Assembly (NCBI RefSeq): GCF_020745735.1
Contig: NC_083424.1
Span: 49,586,999 to 49,650,998 of the forward strand
Source: Hemiscyllium ocellatum
Taxonomy: Eukaryota
Direction: 5' to 3'
Length of the DNA stretch: 64,000 bases
Part shown: one piece after another, positions 11,971 through 23,955 of the stretch
Layout of the letters: the number at the start of each line of letters is the position of its first letter
Numbering within the stretch: position 1 is the stretch's first letter
Made by a program: the position numbers and the translations under genes
Notes under the pieces: generated by a model
The model's input: only the letters and a program-made list of their open reading frames with translations
Database searches by the model: none
What the model was told of the DNA's origin: nothing

Positions 11971-12630
11971 TGCCAACACTCAGCTTGGTGCCTGTGCCGA
12001 AGTAGACGATGCTGCTTTTCCATATGGCACAGTAATAGTCCGCGATGTCTCCCGATTCAACTCCGCTGATACTTAACGTTCCTGTGTTGCCGGAGACAGA
12101 GCCCGAAAACCGGTCTGGAACACCTGAGGCTCTGTTCGTGCTGCTGCCAGCGTAGTGATAAAGCAGATACCGAGGAGCACTTTCGGATTTCTGCTGATAC
12201 CAATAAATGTTGCTGCTCCCTAATGAGGCACCCGACAAAGTGCAACTAATCCGGACGGTCCCTCCGAGGGATGTCGATTTTGAAGGCGGTTTAGATTAGA
12301 TTAGACTTACAGTGTGGAAACAGGCCCTTCGGCCCAACAAGTCCACACCGACCCGCCGAAGCGAAACCCACCCATACCCCTACATTACCCCTTACCTAAC
12401 ACTACGGGCAATTTAGCATGGCCAATTCACCTGACCCGCACATCTTTGGACTGTGGGAGGAAACCGGAGCACCCGGAGGAAACCCACGCAGACACGGGGA
12501 GAATGTGCAAACTCCACACAGTCAGTCGCCTGAGTCGGGAATTGAACCCGGGTCTTCAGGCGCTGTGAGGCAGCAGTGCTAACCACTGTGCCACCGTGCC
12601 GCCCATTTACTGTAATCTCTGCGCTCGAAA
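11971..12630 (-). pseudogene. IGLV: Germline-joined VJ exon of cluster 1, interrupted by a SINE
   Basis: Acceptor at 12631-12632, donor GTGAGT at 11965-11970. EITV, then a SINE (12292-12605) with in-frame TAA near 12413, then PPSK...RISCTLSGASLGSSNIYWYQQ...DYYCAIWKSSIVYFGTGTKLSVG. Confidence 0.9.
12292..12605 (-). mobile_element. Young HE1-like V-SINE inside V framework 1
   Basis: Compared with the empty site in cluster 3 (aggcggttggtttactg) it replaces 2 bp (gg) with no TSD; box A, box B and (tctaa)3 tail present. Confidence 0.95.
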
Positions 12631-12776
12631 CTGGAGGAAGAAAGGCATCAAAAATCTTACTGCTGTGTACTTTGATCAGTTATTGAAACGATTGAATATG
12701 TACGCACTTGTAAGATCACACCAAACAATATTCACAAAATGGAATTCACAGTAAATCTAGAGGTGAGAACACCCAC

Positions 12777-12825
12777 CTGCAACGCAGAAATAGAGTACAA
12801 CAATAACACGTGGCCAGTCAGACAT
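12777..12825 (-). CDS. IgL leader exon, cluster 1 (MSDWPRVIVVLYFCVA+G)
   Basis: ATG at 12825, 49 nt, phase-1 donor G|GTGGGT; hydrophobic signal peptide completed by (V)SSA in the V exon. Confidence 0.9.
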
Positions 12826-12900
12826 GGTGAAAAGTTTAACCAGGCTGAGATGCATTGAGAGCTGTTTAACCAGATGGATTCAGTACCTGAAAGGTTCACT

Positions 12901-12953
12901 CTTTTAATAAGACCTGACACCGAGAAGGTGTTGCCCTCTGCTGTTATGCAAAT
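12901..12953 (-). promoter_or_regulatory. IgL promoter, cluster 1: octamer ATTTGCAT (12946-12953) and TATA-like TTATTAAAAG (12901-12910)
   Basis: Octamer in light-chain orientation about 120 nt upstream of the ATG, conserved in all four clusters. Confidence 0.85.
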
Positions 12954-13829
12954 TAATATTTCCATCTCAACCAATCAGTCACTGAAATCCAAAGACAATC
13001 TCAAAATCCCTTCAGGGAACAGCAAATACGAACAAGGTTATAGAAAAGCAAAATGCAGCGGTTGCGGAAATTCCAAGATTAAACAAAAAATACAGGCAGG
13101 AAATATCGTGGAGCGAGAAATTGGATCCACATTTCATTTCTTGACCTTTCTATAGAAGCTAAAAACACTTTGCTAAAAGCGTTGCTACTTTCCTAGTGTA
13201 TGCTCTGAGCATTCTATGTTGCTAAATGGGATTTGAATCCTCGAAACAAGCAACAATAAAAGATATCAGAAACAGATTTAACATTTCGAGTCCAGAGACA
13301 TCTTCAGTTCCAAAGAATGTAAAACGTTATCTCTGTTATTTTTCTCCACAGGTGTTGGTCAGACCCGCTGTGTTTCTCTAGCACTGTCTGTTTTTGATTA
13401 TGACTTCCAGTATCCGCAGCATTGTGTGTTTATATAAAAGATGTCATTTACCTTCTGAAGCGTGCATCGCCTTTTTCACACATCTACCCAACACCCAAAT
13501 GTCGCAGCGTTCCGGGTAAAGTGATGGGGTCCAGTCCGCTCAGTGTTGGCTCCGACTGCCTAAACGGTACAATTGCTCACTGGGAAGGACAGCTAAACTG
13601 AAACACAGATACTTCCTGAACTAATATCGCCAGAATTTTCAGTTTACTCTCTGAATCCTCTGCATTTTGATTTTGTAATACTTGCGTTTTCTAACACCTT
13701 ACTTGCAGTTACTGTTCGTTGGAGAAACGTTGTAATTGTGTTTAGGTTTCACAGACTGGTTGGTTGAGTTGAAAACATCCATGATTGTTAATTTTTAACA
13801 GTGAGATCGATAAATGTTGTTCATCAAAT

Positions 13830-13950
13830 GTATTTCGGGACACAGGCCAAAGTCAGGAATACGGCGTAGGCCCACAGATCGACCATATCTCATTAAATTG
13901 CGGATCAGGGTCGAGGGCCTGAATGGTCTACTCCTGTCACTATGTTCCAT
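13830..13950 (+). mobile_element. CR1-type LINE 3' terminus (copies at about 28290-28405, 44195-44315, 58925-59045)
   Basis: agatcgaccatatctcattaaattgcgg...gagggcctgaatggtctactcctg...ctatgttc, typical CR1 3' tail. Confidence 0.6.
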
Positions 13951-15260
13951 AGTTTCTCCATTGGTCAGTCATGTCACCAAGACAGGCTGTGAAAATAAAT
14001 CAGACGAATAGGTTAGATTTAAGAACTGGCGCCAATAAAGCTGGAAAACCCAGATGCGGGCGTTTCGTGCAACTCGCGCGCTTTCCACTGCAGCTTGAAT
14101 TATTAGTGAAATCCAAATAATGTCTCACACAGCAAGGATGGTCAGAACGAACCCTTGGTGAGACCGATTGGCGAGATAATAGGCGAAAGGTCAGAAACGC
14201 AGCAGATGGAGGATTCATGGTCTGTGGATCCAAAAGGAGCATGTGAATAAGTATGCAATTACATTCACATCGTTACTAACTCTGCTGTCGCTTCTTCACC
14301 AACGCATGCGATGATTACTGCTGTCTCCCTCTTGCTGAATTTAACATCTGTTATCGCAAATGATCGAAGGTTTCTTAAGTTGGGGATAAAGCTTTATTCA
14401 ACTTCACTTTGCAAGTTTGACTAAAAAAAACTGTGAAACTTTTCTTCAGTAACTGATGAAATAACGCACCAGGAAGAGGTTGCCTCTTTCTTTCCACAGG
14501 AAACTGCAAGGCCTGTTGAATGTTTGCAGCATGCTTTTATTCCCAAGGTTAAATTAGTTGTACCTAAGATTCAAGTACTTTGTAGTCTTATCTCTTCAAG
14601 TTTATACAAGGTATATTGTTGTAAATAGTTGTAAAAGTGTATAAAGCCACTTCCTTCTGAAAGAAAATAATGAAACAAGTAAAATGTGCTTTTTAACCGA
14701 CAGTTTTGAGAAATTATGTGAAATTTCAGGAAACAGCATATTTTAAGTCATCTGTATTTATTGGAAGGATTTTCATTTGATAGCATGACACAATTTCTTA
14801 TATAAAACATTTTCTGAGATTTCAAATTGTGATTTATACGGGATGTTCATTCGCTCAACTACTACGTCAAAACTTGAGCATTGATTTATTTGCCTCCTAT
14901 ACTTGCGTCACTTAACCTTCGGTCAAGTGCTCACAGCAGGACGATCTCATACCACTGTTAATCCTTCCTTTATCATCAAGATCTGATGTTATAACCCAGG
15001 TAAAGCTGTTGCAGCGCACTACAACGACCTTAGCTCCGCGCTCAAGGGAGTACTTGAGGACATTCTCAAAATAGCCCAAACACCTCAAAAGGCTTTTCAC
15101 TACCCTAACGAACCTTGCAACAGTCAGCTCGATGAATACATGGGCCTGGTACAGTATTAAATTCTTCTGTTTCGTTTTCTTGGTTCCAACAAATCCAGCA
15201 GGGCCTAAAGTTTCTCATTAATTTTGCAGCCGTTCTCTCGGCGGCTCTCCCTAAATATGC

Positions 15261-15445
15261 TGTGCAAGTCTGGGGTGGACAAAGCTAAAAAACGCACAAC
15301 GCCAGGCTATATCCAACAGGTTTATTTGGAAGCACTAGCTTTCGGAGTGTTGCTACCTGGCGAATAAGCAGCGCTCGCAAAACTGGTGCTACCAAATTAA
15401 CCTGTTGGACTATAATCTGGTGTTGCTTGAATTTTAAATTTGTCC
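15261..15445. mobile_element. Palindromic PLE-derived element (AGCU family) with ~13-bp TSD; copies at about 29725-29905, 45590-45780, 60357-60540
   Basis: TSD tccctaaatatgc is perfect in unit 3 (45577-45589, 45781-45793); same arms as 10359-10549; hammerhead cores partly deleted. Confidence 0.75.
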
Positions 15446-17399
15446 TCCCTAAATGTGCGTGATTGCAAATAAATTGTTTTGGCCTGATTCGGCGCTGGGT
15501 CTTCAGTGATTTGTACAACGCATCAATGGCGTTATTCGATTGAAAATAATAACGTATCCACTTTTGCTGATAAAACAAATCCAAACGTGAAAGCAGAAAG
15601 CTTGGAGGCAGAGGGCACAAACAGGCTGAAAATGCTTAGAGGGGTTTACTGAATCCTAATAAGCTCAATGTGGACATATACAAAGCAGCCACTTGTCAAA
15701 ATAAATAACAAAGCAGAACATTTACAACCTATATGAAAAGCCGAAATATTAATGCCCATAAATTTTTCAGTGTACTAATTTGGGGCATACAGAAATAATT
15801 ACAGCAAACAATTTGCAACGCAAGTGGTTTGGAGAGTAAGAAAAAGTAGCTGTCGCTCTAATTGCATGAAAATAGTCTGTGGATGTGGGAGAAGCTTGTC
15901 GGGTGATACATTGCATGGTTTGGGCTTCATATTTAAAGAAGGATAGCATTGCATTGCAGCTGCTACAGGGAAGGGTCTTGTGATAATTTCCTGGAGACAC
16001 AGGGTCGGCCTAAGTTGTGAGGCTGAGAACATTGCGTCCATATTTCCAGGAAATCTGTGCAACGAAAGTCCATCTGATTGAAGCATGGTGTATTCTGAAG
16101 GGCCTTGAGATGCTAAACACTGAAAATGCGAAGTCTGGTATCCTTCAACCAGAAATCGGACATTAAAGTCTCAATTCAAAGTGAAACAAATGGCTTTATT
16201 TTGTCATCAACACCTTTTTGAAAAACAATGAAGACCAAACGACTGTAAAGCATTTGCAAAGACGTTGCGCTGATTTGTCGTATTTTGAAATATTAAACGT
16301 TTACCACTTCATTGATTATTTGCATGTTGCTATAGAATTGTTGCACAATTAATAATGACTGCAATTTATGTGGAACAGAGCCAATAAGCATGATCTGAAC
16401 TCGCAATTAACTATGAATAAAGAGGCAATCGGAAGATAGAGGGGAAATCATTCTGCTGCCAGCGCCCGTGGGCTGTTGCCACAATGAGGGCAAGTGAGCA
16501 GACGTGAAGGATGTAAAGGCCTGAAGTCTATTTGCATCTTTCTCGCATCCATGACCTGTTCTCTCCTGCCCCCGCAGGTCATGCTCAGCAGCAGATAACT
16601 CGGCGCCGGGTTGCTGCGGGACTAAATTGCAACCGCTGTCAGTTCAGCGACTCTCTCATGCACATGAACGCATTCTAAACTTGCTGGCAGAGTAGACATA
16701 AGCACTTGTGTCTGTCGAGGCTGAATGCAACATTCTGATTAAAGACGGCCTGCGATCAGTTTCCAACCCCAAAACATTTAACTCTTTTTGGAAAAAATTA
16801 GGCTTTCCCCAAAGCATCTGTTACTTTCTGCAATAGGTTATCACTGTCTCATTCGTAAAACGTATGCAACTGCGGCTCTAACTTCTTGACATGCATCTGA
16901 CGTGACCTATGTGTTGATGAATAACGTGAAACGTGTACTTGCAAATTTGCAGGGGCATCACTGTCTGTTATTGCAAGCAGCGACGAACCCACTTCTACTG
17001 AACCCATGACATGAGCTTCACGGACAACTTGCTCAGAGTGACGGGGTAATGGAGATAGAAGGGCAGGATTTCAATCATCACACACTCTCCCTTCTTCGAG
17101 TTGCATGTTTGAGGTGAACATCAGTGTTACCGCACAACCATCATGTATAGAGTGCGCCCCCTGCTGCTCCCTTTCATGATGTCTCTTTTCCTCCTTCAAA
17201 ACACTTCCATATTACGTTTGTGGAAATCCCACGGTTCTGTTGCAGGAACAACATTCCATTGTAGACACTAAGCAGCTGTCACTGCTGAATTGCTGCCTTC
17301 ACCAATTGATATCCCCATTAATCCTATGGACTGCTCAGAGAATTGCATTTATAATTATTAGATATAACTAATTTTCTTGTTGATACGTAATTCCCTCTT

Positions 17400-18545
17400 T
17401 CAGGTCGTGACATCCGCCTTGTACAAAGAGCTATACATCACGGAAACAGACCTTTCGGCTGAAAAAGTCCATGCCGAATGTAATTCCAAACTAAATTCGT
17501 CCCACTTGACTACGATTGGCTCATATACTACAAAATATTTCCTATTTATTTGCGTATCCACATGTGTTTTATACTTTGGAATTGTACCCACATGCACCAT
17601 GTCCTTTGGAAGTTCATTCCACACTTGAGTGTCTTTTTTGATTCTTTATCTCCTCAACTTCGACACATGCCTCCTCGTCTTGAAATTCCCAGCCATTGGG
17701 CAATACACCTGCCATTCACCTTTTCTATGCCCCTCATGTTTTTATAAATTTCTATAAGGTAACCCCTCAATCTCCTACATACCAATGAGAAACGTACCCA
17801 GCCTATCCAGCCTCTTCCTGGAACTTAAACTCTCCATCCCTGACAAAATTCTGGTAAATCTCTTCTTAACCCTCTCCAGTTTAATGATAGCATACTTATA
17901 ACAGGGCGATCAGAACTGTAGACAGTACGCCAGAAACGGCCTCACCAATGTACTGCAAACCTCAACATGATGTCTCAACTCCCATACTCAAAGTTCTGAA
18001 GAATGAAGGCAAACGTCCTAAACGCATTCTTAACCACCCTGTCTGAATGTGACGCCCGCTTCAACCAATTATTCCCTAGCCCATCTATCCTACAACAATA
18101 GCCAAGGTCCTACTTTTACTTGTATAAGTCATGTCTTTGTCTTACCAAAATACAATACCTCGCATTTATCCAAATTAAAAACCATCTGCCAACTCCTGAG
18201 CTCATTGGCCCAATTCATCAAGGTTTCTTTGTAATCATTGATAACCATTTTTGTCCACTATACTGTTAATGTTAATGTCATCCACAAACTTACTAATCAT
18301 GCCTTTTATGTCCTGATTTAATTCATTCATGTAAGTGACAAACAAAAGTGGATCCAGGACCGAACCCTCCAGAACACCGTTTGTAACAGTCCTCCAGTTC
18401 GAAAAACAACCCTGCACTCTCACTCCCTGTCTCCTACTGTAAAGGAAATTTTGCATTCAATTGGCAAGCTCACCCTGAATCCCACGTGATCTGATTTAAT
18501 TAATTAGTCTACACTGCAGAACCTTGTCGACGGGTTTGAAAATTT
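17400..18545 (-). mobile_element. CR1-type (HER1-like) LINE 3' fragment (copies at about 33706-34790, 47770-49185)
   Basis: ORF 18235-18456 NGVLEGSVLDPLLFVTYMNEL...ISKFVDD (RT motifs B/C) and 17400-17624 WNELP..MV..GTI C-terminal region; decayed. Confidence 0.85.
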
Positions 18546-19133
18546 CAAGTAAATATTTTAACATTCGATGGAGCACTAGTTGGTAATCCGCAAAATCGCC
18601 GCCCCTCCCTGTCAGGTCTGGTAATTCAAGAATGTTTTCCATGCCGGCCACCCGGATGGGACTTCATTCTAAGACGTGGGAAAACCGTGGAAATCCGGTC
18701 GGGATGTGGGGTGGGGCGGTGGGGAGGGGGGAATGGCTGTGGTTTCAGTATCTCTGCATTGGGAAATCGCACCCAGATCAGTGTGAATGCACTCAAGCAA
18801 AGAGCATGCTGTTGGTTAAAACTCTGCTGTTTGTTTTCTGCTCAGACCATAATAGAAACCCTGTGGGACTATCTGCAGTAAACCTTCAGGTGAAATCACT
18901 GGTCCAATTAGAGATAAAGTGATCTGAAACCAGGTTGGTGTAGCCGGATTTGGACAAATGAGCCGCTCAATTCCTCAATGAAATTCAATAGCTACAAATC
19001 CCATTTCAGCCCTCCATAAGCCCCAACCAATCGGAATCTTTTTGTTATTTCGTTTCCCTTTCCAAAAGATCTGAACGCAATTGGACAGCACTGAGTTTTG
19101 AGAATAGGGTAGGGGCAGTTGTTGCGACTCGGG

Positions 19134-19960
19134 TACTGTGTTGCTGGAAAAGCACAGCAGGTCAGGCAGCATCCAAGGAGCAGAAATATCGACATTTCGG
19201 GCGGAGCCCTTCATCAGGAATGAGGCTGAGAGCCCTGGCTGTGGAGAGGTAAATGAGATGGGGTGTGGCTGGGGGGAAGGTAGCTGGGAGGTGGACGGAG
19301 GTGGGGGTGATGGTGATAGCCTGGCAGGTCATGAGGGCTGTGCTGAGATGGAAGGTTGGAACTGGGGTAAGGTGGAGTGAGGGGAAATGAGGAAATTGGT
19401 GAAGTCCACATTGATGCCCTGGAGTTGAATGGTCCAGAGGCCGAATGTAAGCCATTCTTCCTCCAGGCTTGGGTGATGAGAGAGTGGCGATGAAGGAGGC
19501 GCAGGACCTGCGTGTCCTTGGCACCGTGGGAGGGGGAGTTGAAATGTTCGACCACAGGGTGGTGTGATTGATTGATGCAGGAGTCCCGGCGATGTTTCCT
19601 AAAGCATTCTGCGCGAAGGTGTCCAGTCACCCAGTGTAGAGGAGACTGCATCGAGAGCAACGGATACAATTAATGACATGTCTGGAAGTGCAGCTGAAAT
19701 TGTCCCATCTGTTAATCTTCCTTCCCACGTGTTCGCTCCACCCCCACCTCCGTCCGCCAATTGCACACCCAACTACCTTCTCCACAGCCCCAACCCTCTT
19801 CCATTTATCTCTCCCTGAGGCTCCCCGCCTCATTCCTGATGGCGGGCTCCGGCCCAAAGCGTCGATTTTCATGCTCTTTGCATGCTTCCTCACCCCCTGT
19901 GCTTTTCCAGTAACACACTCAAACTCTGATCTCCAGCATCTGCAGACCCCAATGTCTCCC
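19134..19960. mobile_element. Penelope-like element 3' fragment with inverted terminal segment (copy at about 49770-50600; deleted version at about 35305-35680)
   Basis: Minus-strand GIY-YIG C-terminus (CIRCSRCSLLYTG; HFNSPSH) plus pLTR; the plus-strand pLTR at 19735-19960 is inverted relative to it; hammerhead cores at 19190-19218 and 19835-19865. Confidence 0.85.
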
Positions 19961-20664
19961 TGCTAGTCTGGATGACCATTTACCGAAATGTTTTTTTTTA
20001 GACACCTGGATTCACTTCCGAGCTTCGAACGAAAAGACAGCAAAAACAACAAACTTCATCCTGTCACCCTCAAAAGACCATCTGACAACCATGCTGTCCA
20101 GGCCGAGTGCTTGGTCTGCTCAGTGGAAAGCTACAGCTCAGTCAAAGAGCATTCAACAGATATTCTGCGCCATTGAACCTCCAGAGTAAAAAAGAACGAA
20201 GATTAAAATCTTGATGACTGCACATCTTGATCTTTACTGCTTTTCATAGGATCACTCCTGCTATTAAATCAAAAACAAACTGAATGATTCCCTCTGCTGG
20301 GTGAACTTTACAGATAACAATTAATAACAAGGCTAGCATTTTGTTTAAGACGGATCAATTTTAATAAATGAGGCGCCATCCACAGGAACGTTTAAACTGT
20401 CAAATTTAAAGTATGGAGTCATAGAATCATACAGTACAGAAGATACCAACTGAGCCATCGACTCTCTGCACCTCATTTGGAGTGTGAAGAAAACAAAATT
20501 CATATACAAACCCTGTCAAAATGCCATAGTCATTCAGTGGCTCTGATGGGGCACATTGGTTCAACTATTTAAAATAAGAAAAAGATTCACATTGCGTGAA
20601 TAAATTACGTATAGATTAAGTGGCAGATCACATGAATTACTAGGAATGTGCTTTCCTGGGACAT

Positions 20665-21683
20665 GTAAAAACAATGACTGCAGATTCTGGAAACCAGATT
20701 ATGGATTAGTGGTGCTGGAAGAGCACAGCAGTTCAGGCAGCATCCGAGGAGCAGTAAAATCGACGTTTCGGGCAAAAGCCCTTAATCAGGAATACAGGCA
20801 GAGAGCCTGAAGGGTGGAGAGATAAGTGAGAGGAGGGGAGGGTGGGGAGAAAGTAGCACAGAGTACAATAGGTGAGTGGAGGAGAAAATGAAGGTGATAG
20901 GTCGGGGAGGTAGGGTGGACTGGATAGGTGGAAAAGAAGATAGGCAGGTCATAGTCACAGAGTCATAGAGATGTACAGCATGGAAACTGACTCTTCGGTC
21001 CAACCCGTCCATGCCGACCAGATATCCCAACCCAATCTAGTCCCACCTGCCAGTTCCCGGCCCATATCCCTCCAAACCCTTCCTATTCATATACCCATCC
21101 AAATGCCTCCTAAATGTTGCAATTGTACCAGCCTCCACCACATCCTCTGGCAGCTCATTCCATACACGTACCACCCTCTGCGTGAAAAGGTTGCCCTTTG
21201 GGCTCTTTTATATCTTTCCCCTCTCACCCTAAACCGATGCCCTCTAGTTCTGGACTCCCCTATTTGCCTATTTATCCTATCCATTCCCCTCATAATTTTG
21301 TAAACCTCTATAAGGTCACCTCTCAGCCTCCGACACTCCAGGAAAAACAGCCCCTGCCTGTTCAGCCTCTCCCTGTAGCTCAGATGCTCCAACCCTGGCA
21401 ACATCCTTTTAAATCATTTCTGAACCCTTTCAAGTTTCACAATTCAGCACAAGTCATGGGGACAGTGCTGAGCTGGAAGTTTGGAACTGGGGTGAGGTGG
21501 AGGTGGGGGACATGAGTAGCTTCAGTGCAGAGGAAATGACCTGGGAGTTGCCGTGGGAGAGGGACTCCCTGAGATTCTTGTAGAGAGAGGAGGAAAGCTT
21601 CTTTAAGGCAGCCATCCTTGCAAGAGGATTCGCAGTAGGGTTAAAATTAACGGGGTAAAAACAATGACTGCAGATGCTGGAAC
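20665..21683 (-). mobile_element. PLE pLTR/3' fragment with nested CR1 (copies at about 36327-37345, 51299-52317)
   Basis: Reverse complement of 33340-33690; hammerhead core at 20761-20790 (mutated), core intact at about 36423-36451 and 51395-51423. Confidence 0.8.
20952..21440 (-). mobile_element. CR1-type LINE 3' fragment nested in the PLE (copies at about 36612-37115, 51590-52085)
   Basis: ORF 21087-21404 LPGLEHLSYRERLNR.GLF.LE.RRLRGDLIEVYKIMRG; (tctatgac)n-type tail. Confidence 0.85.
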
Positions 21684-21808
21684 AGTTAAAATTTCCAAGT
21701 AAATGACAAACTTTGTTTCGGTCGTGCGTCAGGAAAGAGTGAGGGTAGTTAAATGCAAATTTATGTGCTCAAGTTGATACTTGCTTGATGGTGAAATACA
21801 TTTAACAA

Positions 21809-22015
21809 AGTTAAAATTCCACAATACCAGGTTACAGTCCAACAGGTTTATTTGGAAGCACTAGCTTTCGGAGTGCGGCTCCTTTATCAGGTGATTGAAG
21901 GAGCAACACTCCAAAAGCTGGTGCTTCCAAATAAACCTGTTGGACGATAACCTGACGTTGTGTGATTTTTAGCTTTGTACACCTCAGTTCAACACCAGTA
22001 ACTTAAAATCATGAC
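21809..22015. mobile_element. 207-bp palindromic PLE-derived element with 12-bp TSD (TACATTTAACAA); copies at about 37470-37665, 52443-52650
   Basis: TSD at 21797-21808 and 22016-22027; AGCU-family arms; core mutated (CUGAUAA). Confidence 0.8.
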
Positions 22016-23342
22016 TACATTTAACAATGATGTTTTATCATTTCAAGGATGTAGGCATGTAAGGACCCACATAATTTTTTTTCCCTGTTTGCTCTATATA
22101 ACGGAATTGAAGTCAGTCTCCTTTGCAACTGAATAACCTGAAATATCAAGTGTTTTTATTTTGGCAGTACCATGTTGTTCTTGAAGCAGCGAGATTCTTA
22201 TCTGACTGAGACCCTGCAACACCAGAGGTTTTGATTATAAAGTATAACTACCTGATCACATTGCTTGGATTGGTCAAGCTGCAGGTTGCTCCAGATTGGT
22301 TGGACCAGCGCAGCATGAACTATCCAGAGTGAAGAAGCAGAAAACAGAGTGGACAATAAAAGAAAGTCAACGAAACAATTCTAACATTAAGAAAAATCTA
22401 CATTAAACTGATCAAATTGAACACAACTTCCGTACAGACAACCGTTTAGCATCATTGCAACAATCAAAAGATCTATGACAGAGAACCTAGCACACTCTTG
22501 TTAAGTGAAGTTTTGATGTTCAGAATTTTGTTTTCCCTGACTATGTATTTTCACACATAACGTTTGCCATGGTCAAGCCATGGTCTTTTGTCCGCCTTAT
22601 TTGTGAATATGCGTGTACGTGAGCCTGAGTTTAGGGATTTAAATTGATATAATTACATTATTTTTGTCCTATCATCGATTAAACAATGTTTCTGCTGTGC
22701 AAGTAAGATGTGAAATGTTTCGTCATGAATAATACTCAGTAAGCAAATTGCTTGATTTAATGGTTTGAAGAGTTGAAATTAGGATTAATCCTAACCCAAT
22801 CCTTTCTCTCAGGTTTTGAAATAGTGAAGCTCGATTATCGGCATTTGATTAATTTTAGTCCCAACTGGATCATGGCAAGCAGAACTGTGTACAATATTCT
22901 AAGCACGCCTTTACCGATGATTTTTAAAATGGCAAGAGTATCCCATTATTTCTTGCCCAATATTTTTCCACTAATTTATAGTAAATTCGCGTTTGCGTTC
23001 ACGGACAATAAGTGATATTGATATCGAATCCAGTTATTGTCGAATAGATGGCCGTTCATTCTCTGCACAACGTTTATTCGTTAGTAATTAATAGCCCGTT
23101 TTTCGATATTTTATCCGATTTTAAATTTACCAATGTACATTTCATCTGCACTCAAATCATACATTGGATTGTTCTGTTTGGCTTTGGAATTTGTCATTTG
23201 GCGTTTAGATGCAATGTTATAGCCATTTTGCACGGTCAAGCTCCGGAAGTCTTAAAGCACTGAAATCAAAACCGATTTGACTCATTTTGACAGAAATGAA
23301 AGACGCTGAAATGAACGCTGCCTTTGATGTTCGATCAATTGT

Positions 23343-23421
23343 TTTATTGAACTGTTAAGGTGGGATAGATTCATAATGCTTCAATACTTAAGACACAATC
23401 ACATTGTTCCTGTCTTTTATT
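23343..23421 (-). terminator. Two AATAAA poly(A) signals of cluster 2
   Basis: tttatt at 23416-23421 and 23343-23348. Confidence 0.7.
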
Positions 23422-23632
23422 CAGATGTATGCATGTAAGCTAATAATCATTGGCATTTCAGTTAACACGGCACGTTTGTAAAAACCAGTTACTTTTACAT
23501 CCGGAAGTTTCCCCCGCGATGAGCATTTTTTCAATTAACCGGAATACAAATAATTTCTACCGTATTGTTACATGGGAGGTCTGAACAGGAATAAACAATC
23601 TTTCTCAATTGAGACAAGTACAGTTTCCGAAA

Positions 23633-23955
23633 TCACATACAGCTCGATCTCGAGATACTTGTCTGAAACGGAGTTGCCTGAGTCTCATGCTTAACCCCAC
23701 AGGAGTAACGCTCGTGTGAGTTCCACTCCGAGGCTGACAGGGTCAGATAGCTGCTCAAACTGAACGTGTTGTCCGTCTCCTGCTGGATCCAACTGGTCTC
23801 CACACCGTTCCCCTTGACACTGCCATCTACCGTCCACTCAATCTCCACAGTGCCCGGGTTAAACCCGCTCACCAAACACACCAGGGTCGCCGTGTTCTTT
23901 TCCGTGATTTGAACCGATGAAGGCGGAAGGAGGGATACCGATGGTTCCCGCGGAC
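23633..23955 (-). CDS. IGLC: Ig light-chain constant exon, cluster 2
   Basis: 323-nt open exon with cag|GT acceptor; ...GFNPGTVEIEW...ETSWIQQ...FSLSSY...SRSSCM*. Confidence 0.95.

Larger units (their letters stand above)
8262..23226 (-). repeat. Tandem unit 1 (type A) of the IgL cluster array
   Basis: Homology to the other units starts at tttgcacgg (8262, 23227, 38890, 53861); period 14,965 bp. Confidence 0.9.

Noticed and set aside
12582-12592. CACAGTG heptamer inside the V exon of cluster 1
   Set aside because: It is part of SINE box A, present in every SINE copy, with no nonamer.
14912-15160. Short ORFs on both strands repeated in several units (minus MKSLLRCL..., plus YNPGKAVAAHYNDL...)
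   Set aside because: Recurrence is explained by the tandem duplication; unit 3 has deletions and a frameshift, substitutions are not mainly synonymous, and I recognise no protein family.
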